64,000 nucleotides of DNA, taken from assembly GCA_000004985.1 (NCBI GenBank), contig GG738876.1; one strand, given 5' to 3'. Below, in pieces: positions 37,239 through 47,805 of the stretch. A program made the position numbers and the translations under genes. Under the pieces are notes generated by a model, which was not told where the DNA came from, did no database searches, and worked only from the letters and a program-made list of their open reading frames with translations. Position 1 is the stretch's first letter, and every line of letters begins with the position of its first letter. This DNA comes from Naegleria gruberi (taxonomy: Eukaryota).

Positions 37239-38905
37239 TTATTCGAAATTTAGATCATCATAACATTCCACAAATTCATCAGAATACCAAAGTGCTCTGA
37301 GAAGAATCTTTCTTGGAAGATTCATCATTTCAGCTTCTTTCAACATTTCCTCAACAATTTGATTCAATTCCAATAGAAATTCTCCCATTCTGTCATAGAG
37401 TGAAGAATTGACTGATAACTCCTCAAGATGATTGGATGCTCTGTTCCAAGCAACTACAGCCTTGTTGAATAATTCATCTTCTTCTCCTACTAAACTGGAA
37501 TAGGTCTGAATAACTTCACTATATTTGTCAAGAACTGATCTTTTGGCCAACTTGAAACTTCCTTTTCTGTTGATGGAATCAATTAATTGGACCAGTTTAG
37601 TTCTGTTTTGTTGAGAATGTTCTGCTGGAGAGTTCAAAACACATTCACAATAATCAATCATAAGTTGGTCAACTGGAAATTCTGGAAGTGGATGCTCTAC
37701 AAAATTGTTGATTTGTTTGTAAACTTGATTTTGTAAAGTGATGAGGGAATAATCTTTTGGAAATAGCTCTTCACTCAAGTCATTTAACATGATGAAATTC
37801 TTTCTCTTCTTTCTACTACTTTCGAATGGTTTAAAAGAAACCTTTGCATTTGGAAAGAGTAATCTAAATGCAAAAGAAATGCTTCCACACACGAAAGGAT
37901 GAGATTCAGGAGAGTGAATCAAATTAATCTGATTAATCTTGGATGGAATCTCCTGCAATGCATATTTAGCAATGTGAAATAATTTGAAACAACTTTCAGA
38001 AATGGTCAACTCTTCACAATTTGGAAACATTTTAGCAATTTGCTTCATTCTAACCCCTTGTCCTTGAAATCAAAATCAAAGTCACCAACTGACAATTTCT
38101 TGACACTTGGCAGTATCTTGTCAACTGAACCAAGGTAATCAACTTTCAAGGTACATGGATTGGAATGTACATGTTCAATAGATGGTACACTGATACTTTC
38201 CATATTTTTGGCACAAGGTGGTACTTTGAAATTTTGTTTTTGGTTGAGGAATTTGACATTTCTGAGATTTCCAATACTTGCTTGAACTAATTTACAATCT
38301 TCTTCAGAAATTGGAGAGTTAAAGACGAGTTTTCTATATTGGGATGATTTCATATCCAAGAATTGAACGATCGAATTGAATGGATTGTGTTCTCTTTGGT
38401 AAACATTCTTAAATGAGATGGATGATAAGGTTGGGGTAATTCTGACAGGTTGTCTCTTTGGCAGTTGACTTGTGTCACATTGGCTATTGCTGAAATGCAA
38501 TTTTCTTAAATTGCAATCATGTGGATTGAGAATGGAGAGTAAAATTCTTGGATTAATTTCACATCCTTCAAATTCGAGTTCTGTAAAACGATTGATAAGT
38601 GACACATGCTTTTCCTTCAGCTGATCAACACCTGACAGTATCAGCTTGGCATCCATTGCAAATTTCTTCAATCCCAAATAATTTCCAACACATTCAATAT
38701 CTTTAACTGTACAACAAGTCAATTCTTCCCTTTCTCTCAACATTTTCCTAATATAGGATTGTTGAGAAGTAATTCCATCACATGCTCGATGACACAAACC
38801 AACCATTCTTCTCAACATGATCAAAATTGCATCATTTGGAATGAAACTCAATATTTGACATGCAATTTCTGGAACGAATAGAATAGAATAATTAATAGAA
38901 TGCAT
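37239..38905 (-). CDS. F-box-like protein, probably one gene made of two ORFs (38045..38905 and 37239..38048)
   Basis: The upstream ORF begins with an F-box-like segment (VPEIACQILSFIPNDAILIMLRRMVGLCHRACDGI). The two ORFs overlap by 4 nt (ATGA). A 47-nt GT-AG intron at 38043..38089 (weak donor gttggt, acceptor atgaag) would join ...SVKKLS|QIAKMFPN... in frame. An assembly indel would do the same. Confidence 0.5.
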
Positions 38906-39483
38906 TCTTTTCTAATATTAATAATATATTAATAAATAGCAGTAGATATATTAATAAAGCAGATCACTGATTGTCTGTTTTTTTTGTGATTTGAAAATCG
39001 AGAAAGTTTGCTTGAGCAAGGTATTTAAAAGGATTTTCATTATTTGTTGTGAATTCAAACGTGATGACGCCAATTTATTTTCGGAAGAGCAAATGTTCAC
39101 GTGAACAAAGCAAAACAAGCAAGAGTGGGAAACGTGTGAATTGGCAATGTTTGAAAAACGAGATGGAAATTAGGAATACATATCAATAGAGCTTTCAAAA
39201 ATATTCATTTCTATCAATATTTGACTTTGAAATGAATCATTGGAAGGTACTGTTGATAGTTTTGTTCAAAAAAGAGCAAATTTCAAAAGAAGAAACTTTT
39301 AAGAACTTGGAACTATTTAATGTTACAAGCAGTGAATTCATTGAAAGTAATCTTAAGATTGCCACACGAGATTGTCACCCTAGATACGCCATTTGGCAAT
39401 AAAAAAGAACAAGGAACATTTCCCATATGAATAAATACCACTTTCGAATAACATTCTTCAACACAACAACAATCAAAAAAAAA

Positions 39484-40068
39484 ATGTACAATCCAATCAT
39501 GCATATCATTCTCAATAAACCAAACACGAATCAAATCTGGACCACCACAAAACTCTACGATCCTCTCTTATTAAAATCCTTGGAATCTTTCAGAGAATTG
39601 ATAATTGCGGAATTTTATAGAGAACAATTTTTACAAGAATCATCATTGAAAGAGTTTGAGATTCTTGTGGTGAAGGTAAAGATGGAAGATGGCAATTACA
39701 AGACATTGAATGATGAATTGGAATGGGAACAATTTGTTCAACAAATTGTAAAGATGGGTCAAACTTTACAATTTCAAGTAAAATTAAAACCTGCTAGAAA
39801 AGTTTACAAAAAGCAATTGAGGGAAATTGAGCAACGTTTGAAGGAATTGGAACATGAAACTCAACTATTGAAATTGAAAAAGAAGATTATAGAGTTGAGT
39901 AAGATTAAATCTGAAGAGAAACCTCAAGATCCAAGAGATACACTATTGGAAAGTATTAGAAATGGAAAGAAACTCAAGAAAACTCCAACTAGCACCAAAA
40001 TTATAACAAATCCAAGAGATTTGTTGATGAATAGCATCAAGCAGCGTTCCAATAATTCTGAAAATTGA
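39484..40068 (+). CDS. Coiled-coil protein with two C-terminal WH2 (actin-monomer-binding) motifs
   Basis: The ATG at 39484 follows aaaaaaaaa; the track start at 39427 is less likely. The WH2 motifs are RDTLLESIRNGKKLKKT and RDLLMNSIKQRS (pattern LL..I..G..LKK), at about nt 39931..40050. Confidence 0.6.
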   Translation: MYNPIMHIILNKPNTNQIWTTTKLYDPLLLKSLESFRELIIAEFYREQFLQESSLKEFEILVVKVKMEDGNYKTLNDELEWEQFVQQIVKMGQTLQFQVKLKPARKVYKKQLREIEQRLKELEHETQLLKLKKKIIELSKIKSEEKPQDPRDTLLESIRNGKKLKKTPTSTKIITNPRDLLMNSIKQRSNNSEN

Positions 40069-40235
40069 AATTTCCATTCATTTTCCTCATTGTAAATATG
40101 TAAATATAAATTCTTTATTATTCGAATCATTGATTTGCAGAAATGTTTCACAAGTTGTGGAGTGTGTGCACATTATCTTATTGAGATACCTTTTTGGTCA
40201 GTTTGTGATTATAATCATCTTGTCGAAAGTCATCA

Positions 40236-41946
40236 ATGTTTAAAAAAATGAAAAAACAAGTTTCGTCCACTTTCTTACTGGTTATTTATTGTATTTTCGC
40301 TGCTTGTTTCTTGCTCAGTTCTGCTGAAGGATTAGTTCCATCCACACAACCATACTTTTTATGGCCTAATCCACAAACAGGAGAAGCAACAGTTTATTTT
40401 AAAAACGGAGGTTCGAAACCAGTCGAAACTTTGTGGGTTGGTTATGCTGCTTGGAAAGATGCCCCACAAGTTAAAAGCAAAATTTCCAATTTGATTTCAA
40501 GAGGAATTGTTCCATTCATGTAGGTTTTGATTAACTTATTTTATTGGAAATATTATTGGAAAGTCAATCTTATCATTTTGGAGATAATGGACTCAGAGGA
40601 CAATTCGAATTAGCTCTTGCTTTTGATAGAGAAATTGCTAGTGCTATTGGAAACTCTTTTGCCATTGTAAATTTGGAACCAGAATGGGATGTTGATGTTG
40701 TTTTGAATTTATTCAAATCTTCTCAAGGAACTCAATCATTATTGAATAGAATTCAAACATTTAAGAGTCTGGCTCCAAATTCAGTGGTTGTGAGTACTCC
40801 AGGATTGTGGAAATCAGCTCAGGACTATTCATTCTTTAGCTCTGTAGATTCCAAATTGAATGCTCGTGCCATGTTGATGCATGTTGTGAATTCTGGAGAT
40901 GCATCATGTGCTAAGAAACAAGATGGATCATTGTGGCCATATGGTGTAAAATCTTTGAGTGAGGGAATTTCAATGGTCAAGAGTAAGATTGATGAAAATT
41001 TGAACAAGATGACACAAGCTTGGGGTGGTTCTTTACCATTTGAGTGGATTTTGAGTGATGTTGGTGTTACTAGTTGTGGATGGGGAGCTGATGGACAAGC
41101 TGCTATTGTTAATGAATTGATTAAGGTGAGTAATTTTTTATATAACAATGAATATTCGAATTATTGAAATATTGTGGAATTATTTATAATATCAGAATTT
41201 GGATTGTTTATATGCTAGTGGATTCCGTGGATTTAATTTGAGAAATTCAGGTCCATCTGATTTATGGGAAAGAGCTATGGGTATCAACAATGAAGGAATG
41301 TTCACATTCACCACAAGTGCAGCAACCATGAATGTTATTAAAACTGGATTGACCAAGGTTAATGCATTCCTTGTCAATGGCCAAAAACCTTCATGCTCTT
41401 CAAATAATGGTGGATCAAATTCTGGTTCAACTTCCTCATACAAGGTCAATGTCATTAGTGGAAGTAATGATTGGTGGACTCAAATTGAAGTTTTGCCAAC
41501 TTCATCTGTTCAAACAGTTGTCTTGAAATGTGGATCTGCATCAACTTCATTGGAAAGACCAGCTTGGTCCCAAACTCAATTTGTCAAAGGACTTTCCGCA
41601 CAATGCCCAATGGGATCAGATATTCAAGTTATTGTCAACTCAAAATATACCTATCCTATCAAGTATACTGTTGGAGCTAGCTCTGCAAATACTCTCAGCG
41701 ATATGCCACCTCTATTCCAAAATTCTCCAACCAAATANNNNNNNNNNNNNNNNNNNNNNNNNNNNNNNNNNNNNNNNNNNNNNNNNNAGTTTGAAGCAAA
41801 TTAGTGAAAATACTTGGGAAGGTGAAATGCAAAATGGTTTTTGCCCAATTGGTGCCAATGTTCAATTGTTTGTAGTGTTGAGAAATGGACATGTTGAAAG
41901 ATATGATATTATTTATGGTTATGATAATGTTGCCAGATTGTATTAA
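40236..41946 (+). CDS. Secreted protein: N-terminal enzyme-like domain (possible glycoside hydrolase) plus two C-terminal expansin/CBM63-like modules; interrupted by an assembly gap
   Basis: Signal peptide (FLLVIYCIFAACFLLSSAEG). Exons are 40236..40519, 40564..41125 and 41196 up to the gap. Introns are 40520..40563 (44 nt, gtaggt...gaaag) and 41126..41195 (70 nt, gtgagt...atcag). SGSNDWWTQIEVLPTSSVQTVVLKCG...RPAWSQTQF resembles expansin domain 2. A second similar module (NTWEGEMQNGFCPIGANVQLFVVLRNG) follows the gap in a different frame and ends at 41946. The catalytic family is not assigned; an NLEPEWD motif is present. Confidence 0.5.
41738..41787. other. Assembly gap (50 N)
   Basis: A run of exactly 50 N inside the coding region of the 40236..41946 gene. 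The reading frame differs on the two sides of the gap. Confidence 1.
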
Positions 41947-41991
41947 TAAATATCATTAGATTTTTCAATATTCCTTTGATTTGCCAAGTCT

Positions 41992-43323
41992 CTATTGGTA
42001 TGTCTCATCAATTGGTGAAATGCATGTTTCATGTTTCTTCCCAAACAAAAAACCAATTGTTTCAAAGACAGTCGCAAGAGTAACAGGTGCAAATGTGAAA
42101 TAAGAACAATGACCACAACCAAGTATTGCCAAACTGACACCTAAAGCAAAACGAGACAGTCCAAAAAAACCTACTTTAAGTTTCTCCTTAATATATAGGG
42201 CATTCACTTCCCAACTATCGGCCAATAGTGTGACTGCTATTGGAAGAGCACTCAAACATCCACCTCCCAATTTATAACACGACACTCCCAAGAATAGGGA
42301 TATTATATAATTTGATAGTAAGCTTTGGATAGTAACTGTTGGTGGCACAATCATTTTGAAAATCTTTTTCAACTCACTGATGCTTACAACTCCCAAATAA
42401 ATCCAAATTGGGAAGGAAAGATAATAATTGATCGTATTTACAAGTATATGGGAATAGCTCATCTCAATTCCAAGTATACTATACAGTAATGACTTTACAG
42501 AATACATTCCATATCCATTAAATAGTAGAATGAGTCCAGCAAATACAGGTATTGCCAAATTGGCAACGAATAAATTGACATCCTTATGAAATTTAGTGGT
42601 AAATCTATGAATATTCAATTTTCTCAATATTCCAATCCCTCTTAATAGTGAAAATGCTGTAAATCCACACCAAACACCTCCCAATAGAGTTTGCACGACG
42701 GCAAAGCAATACGGAATCCACCAAAACACTCCATTCCAATCTTTTTCACCAACCTGGTTACTGGAATACTGTCCAACACAAACCTGAGCAGCAATACTCA
42801 TCAATGTGAGTATCACACCAAACAGTACAGTTGGATCTCTCTTTGCCACACGTGCAATCAGCTCCTGAACTTTTCTATCAAAAGCAGAAAATTTAACATC
42901 CATTCTAGCAAAATAAAAAGCATTCACCAATTTCTCCTTTGAATTCAGTGCCATTCTACATTCCTCTCTCTTCTCCTCCTCACTTTTAATTTGCCTCTCT
43001 ATTATGGTGGCAGTGGAGGAGGAGGCGGTCCAGTAATCTCTCACCAAATCATAGATGGTTCCAAATGGTCGTTTTATCAATTTTTCAAATAAGAAACCCC
43101 TTCTCAAGTATTCACTTGTTTCAATCTTGATCATCTCGAATAGATTTATCGATTGATCATCATTTGTACTACTATTACTTGTATTGGAGAGAGAATTTTC
43201 AACAAGTTTTTCAAATCTCCGACAAGTATGAGATAATATGATTAAATCTCTTGGATTCCGAGAGGTAAAATTCAATATGGTGAGGAGCATTTCATCAGGC
43301 AATTCGAGTAGTGGTTGCTTCAT
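41992..43323 (-). CDS. F-box domain fused to a polytopic (~8 TM) membrane domain
   Basis: aaaaaaaaATG start. The N-terminal F-box is LELPDEMLLTILNFTSRNPRDLIILSHTCRRFEKLV. After about aa 165 there is a series of hydrophobic helices running to the C-terminus. Confidence 0.7.
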   Translation of the reverse strand: MKQPLLELPDEMLLTILNFTSRNPRDLIILSHTCRRFEKLVENSLSNTSNSSTNDDQSINLFEMIKIETSEYLRRGFLFEKLIKRPFGTIYDLVRDYWTASSSTATIIERQIKSEEEKREECRMALNSKEKLVNAFYFARMDVKFSAFDRKVQELIARVAKRDPTVLFGVILTLMSIAAQVCVGQYSSNQVGEKDWNGVFWWIPYCFAVVQTLLGGVWCGFTAFSLLRGIGILRKLNIHRFTTKFHKDVNLFVANLAIPVFAGLILLFNGYGMYSVKSLLYSILGIEMSYSHILVNTINYYLSFPIWIYLGVVSISELKKIFKMIVPPTVTIQSLLSNYIISLFLGVSCYKLGGGCLSALPIAVTLLADSWEVNALYIKEKLKVGFFGLSRFALGVSLAILGCGHCSYFTFAPVTLATVFETIGFLFGKKHETCISPIDETYQ

Positions 43324-43444
43324 TTTTTTTTGCTATTGTATGAACTTGTAAAGTTTACAATATTTTAAATATTTATTAAATATAATTAAATTCAATTATC
43401 CATATTAATACAAAAGAAATAATTTTTTAAATTAAAAAAAAAAA

Positions 43445-44275
43445 ATGGCCACACGTTCCGTGATGAAAATATTCATGAAGAGTTATATGCAATTTGCAAA
43501 TCGATACTATGTACCTTTCATGTTCAGGTTTGCATTGAAAAAGGCTTTGAAATTTGATCCGAATGTGATGAGTGGTCGACAATTATTGAAAGATATCAAG
43601 GATGAACAGGATATTTTGCTCCGATCACAAACTACAAGGAGTTTCATGGAGAAGGAAGCTCGTGAGAGGAATATGACTGATGATAGTTGGTTGCCTTTGG
43701 TTTGTCAATATATTGCATCGAATAAGGTGTTGGCTAGGGGGTTATTTGAAGGTGATGAAGCAAAAGCCATGTTGTATATTAATGATAGAGCTATTTCACC
43801 TCCTGTGGAAAGAATGATGCAATTGGTTTTGGGAAAAAAGAATCAGAAAGGTTTACTAGGTGGAATGTTATTTAGAAAGGATGAACAGAATGAAAATTCG
43901 GATGTTTTGGGAAATATGTGGACATTGATGTGTGTTACAAATGAAATGTTGCAATGTTGGATATTATCTCACGAAATTTATAATGAAATTTCTGAGCAGG
44001 ATGGTCATGTACATAGGGTATCTTCAATTAAGGTTCACGACTGTATGCTCAATAGATTTTTCAGAGAGCATGAGGCAACTCATTTGATGCCAGTAATTTG
44101 CTCTTTTGACTCTGTGTGGGCTAGGAATGCTTTTGAGAATACTGGATACAAATACAGAAGAAATCAAACACTCAGCTTGGGAGGAAATCATTGTGCGTTT
44201 GATTTTTCGAAAGGTTTCGAAGAGAATGAGAAGGATGTAGTATTGGATGAATTGGAAAAAATAAGAAAACAATAA
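43445..44275 (+). CDS. Hypothetical protein, possibly ATC-hydrolase-like (L-2-amino-thiazoline-4-carboxylate hydrolase family)
   Basis: aaaaaaaaaaaATG start. The C-terminal segment VICSFDSVWARNAFENTGYKYRRNQTLSLGGNHCAFDF resembles the family pattern C..D.......g...R..Tl..G...CdF. This is a weak assignment made by eye. Confidence 0.35.
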   Translation: MATRSVMKIFMKSYMQFANRYYVPFMFRFALKKALKFDPNVMSGRQLLKDIKDEQDILLRSQTTRSFMEKEARERNMTDDSWLPLVCQYIASNKVLARGLFEGDEAKAMLYINDRAISPPVERMMQLVLGKKNQKGLLGGMLFRKDEQNENSDVLGNMWTLMCVTNEMLQCWILSHEIYNEISEQDGHVHRVSSIKVHDCMLNRFFREHEATHLMPVICSFDSVWARNAFENTGYKYRRNQTLSLGGNHCAFDFSKGFEENEKDVVLDELEKIRKQ

Positions 44276-44287
44276 TGAAAATGACAA

Positions 44288-47200
44288 TTAATTTAATTTG
44301 TTCTTTTCCATTTCACTTTTAAGGATATTGGCCAACTTGTAAATATCAGGAAGTTGGAGATTTTGCTGTATCTCTTGAGGTATGTTTAGGGAGTAGTTGT
44401 CCTCGTGATTGTAAGAGTTGTTAAATAAATTATTTGGGTGTGACTGAAATTGAATACTTTCAAATAATTGGTTAGATCTTCTTTGCTTGAACAGTTCCAT
44501 TCTTTCAATAAGATAGGCATACTTATCATTTCCGTATCTATCTTTCCATGTATTTAGCGCATTAATATCCAAATCTATCATATCCAAGAGTTGCTGCTCG
44601 AATTGTGATATAACTTGTTTGTGAGCTAATGGATTTTGAATATCTTGTGCACTGAAAGTTGAACCAAAGTAATTTGAAAGCTCCAAAGTTTCTACAATGG
44701 AAGCAAATGGAAGTTGTGAAATTTCTGAAAGTGCCTCCAACAATTCTAAATGAACCTCAGCCGCACTCGCAACTGAATTCATCAAGTTTGGTTTCAACAA
44801 TTCAAAATTCTCAATAGTGGTACATTTTGTAACAACATTGGAGAGTTTTAAAATTTCAGAATTGAGAAAATGTAAAACTCCCTTATTTGTCATTGTGGAA
44901 TTAGGGGAGGAGTTCTTTTGGGTTGCTTTGGTCTTTCTGTATACTTCCTTAACAAGGAATAACTTGGTACCAAAGACAAACAAGTTGAAAATACACAAGG
45001 CCAATGGTAGCTGTAAATCATTGAATTTTCTTCTCTTTTCATGTTCTCTGTAAATCTTGGAGAGGTTATCGATTATTTCCATGTATGAGGATAGATTGTC
45101 TAGGGTTGGTTGTACCTCTGTTAACATGTGAAGTACATGCTTAGGGATTCTGCCTGTGATATATAAATGCATATCAGCCAAAATTTTACAAAAGTAAGAA
45201 CTGAAAGAATATCTCTTGAAATTGGATGAGTCCATCTTTACAAGTCCATCAGAGAGATGAAAAGTACCCTCTGGACTGACTTTACCCAACAGTGACAAGT
45301 CATTTGATGTTTCTGGTGATTTGATAGCAAATGGTGGATCGATACGTAACATGACAGGATATTGATCCTTGCCACATGCATCAAGAGTAATTCCACACAA
45401 AATTCTAAATTTGAGCAATTTAAAATCAGCCTCCTTTGGAAGTCTCTCATAAATGTGACGAGTAGGTGATGATTGAGTATTTCGAAGTAAGAGCTCAGTT
45501 GAATTAATTCCCAAATTTTGCATAATATTCTTAATATTAGGATCGTCAGCATGTTTGGTCATTAAATCCCTCAAAGAATTATCATTTGAATCTATTACAT
45601 ATTCTTCCAGTCTATCAAAGTCAATCTTGTGTCTATTTCCAAAGTAAAAATCAACAAAGTTCAAATAAAATTTTGCTGTATCAGAATCTCCCTTGCTTGC
45701 GCAATAAACAGACAAATGACAATATGTAGTAGCAACCAAAATATTTGACCAAGAATCAAAGAAATTAGCAAGGCAATTCTTTGCCTTTTGGAATGATAAA
45801 AATCCCTGTTGATCGTGTCCCAATGCCTGACAAGTTACAGCATGAATAGAGTATAACAGAGAAAGAATTTCAGGAGAGTAGTTTGAATTACTGTCAATAC
45901 TTTCGCTCTCAAATAAAGCTTGCTCTATTAAATTAATGTCTACAAGTGAATATCCTAGAGAAATTACTCCTTCATAAAGTTCAATAGTTTTCTTCCTATA
46001 AGCAGCAATATTCAATTTTTCAGCAATTTGATTTTGGAAAAATGGTAATTGTGAAGTGTTTGATAGCATTTCAGTCCAGTTAATTCCATGTTGATCCAAA
46101 TTATTTGAAAATCCCATTTGTGAGGCAAGAATTCGTTTAAGCTCATCTGTAAACTCTAAATGAACATCATTATTCTTACTTGTTTGTGGATATGGTTGAT
46201 ATCTAGAGTTATTGCTGTTGTTTGTAGTTGCTACCACTGTTGTTGATGAACTAGCTTTGGCTGATTTAGTATTTGATTGATTATTATGTCTTCCCTTCTT
46301 TTTTGGTGACCTGTAAAGACAATCAACACCTCTTTTTGTGCATTGCGAACAAGAAGGCCACATTTTATCACACTTTAAAGTAATAAATATTAATTTGTTG
46401 TTAAATTGTTATTCACTTACCTTTTTGTGCCTACTTCTGCAGTTAACACAAGCAATTGGGAAATACATCTTCTCAGGATCTTGATTCAACTCGAGTGAAC
46501 CAGGATGTGGCACGTGTTCATCTTGATTATTATCCATAGGCTTTTCTGTCAAACTTCCATTACTGCTGCTTGTAATCATTTGGTTATCATTTAAATTGGT
46601 AACATCCAAACTAGGGTTTTGGTTATTATTATTAAACATATTGGATGAATTAGATGTCGTTACTGTTGTTGGTTGAAGAGTGTTAATGATTTGTTGTAGT
46701 ATCTCATCGTTTGAATTATTCATATTTACTGTTGATACATTGTCGTTCGGTTTCATATAATTATTTACATCAGAAAGTAATAATTGTGTCATATTATCCA
46801 TATTATTGTTGTTATTCATATTATTGTAATTGTTATTATTATTATTAGAAGGGAAATATTGATTTGTTGATTGTAACAATTGGTTTAAATCGAGATTATT
46901 CAATAAATTATTATTAGTGGAGGGGTTTGGTTGATTAATGGCTTTAGGAGTTTGTAATCCCATCATTAAATTTTGAACAATACTTGATGAATCCATAGTA
47001 CGAGAATTTAATTGACCATTTGATGTTGATGATGGAATTAAGTTATTGTTACTACTTGAATATTCTCCACCATTTTGCTGTTGTTGTTGTTGAGAGAATA
47101 ACAAATTGATGAGCATATCCTGTTGATTGTTTGTTGTATTCATCATTGATTGTCCTCCAACAGTGTTATTATTATTGCTTTGATTTGTTTTAAAGGAGGA

Positions 47201-47623
47201 AGGAGTATTGCCGATGATGTTTTCCAATGATAATGCTCTATTCATAGAAGAGGAGGTTGCTGTTGGATTGTTTAGTTGTGTGGATGGAGATAGAAATTGT
47301 TGGTGTACACTCGACGATAGATTCAAAGTATTGGTGAGTTGGCTGTTCAATCCATGTGGTGGACTATTTTGGGTGTTCGTAAATTGTTGACTATTAATTA
47401 GGTTTTGGAGTTGCTGTTCGAGCAATAAATTTTTATTATTGTTATTACTCAAAGATCCATTATTATTATTATTCAACAGTGTCGTTGTTGTTGATATGGA
47501 CGAATTGTTTGTCGTGAGCATCTGTGATGATGAGGAATGCTGCAGCGATTGTTGCTGTTGTTGTCCAGAGTTTGATGGTTGTTGGTTTGTCCTCATTTTT
47601 TTTTGATGATGTGAAACAATCAT
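44288..47623 (-). CDS. Zn(II)2Cys6 transcription factor (paralogue A), two exons
   Basis: Exon 1 is 47623..46431 and is N/Q/S-rich. A likelier ATG is at 47596, which follows aaaaaaaa. The intron is 46373..46430 (58 nt, gtaagt...tttaaag) and exon 2 is 46372..44288. The splice rebuilds CVNCRSRHKK|CDKMWPSCSQCTKRGVDC (C-x2-C-x6-C-x6-C-x2-C-x6-C). Confidence 0.8.
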
Positions 47624-47805
47624 GGAAAGGATAAACGTATTTTTGTGGCCAAATTTTCCAGTTTCTATTTTTTTCCTAGAACATATTGGGCATTACATAC
47701 TATTTGAAAACAAGTGGACACATAAAGAAAGTAAGGAACAAAGTTTGGTAAGGATCCTTCTGTGTAATGGAAGAAGAACTAAGCTGGTTGGCCCACTCTA
47801 TGTTA

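Noticed and set aside
38045-38048. The ATGA stop/start overlap as prokaryote-style translational coupling
   Set aside because: This is implausible in an intron-containing eukaryotic locus. A 47-nt intron or a 1-nt assembly error explains it, and both halves look like parts of one F-box-type protein.
41738-41787. The run of N as a biological feature
   Set aside because: It is exactly 50 N inside a coding region, with a frame change across it. This is a scaffolding gap placeholder.
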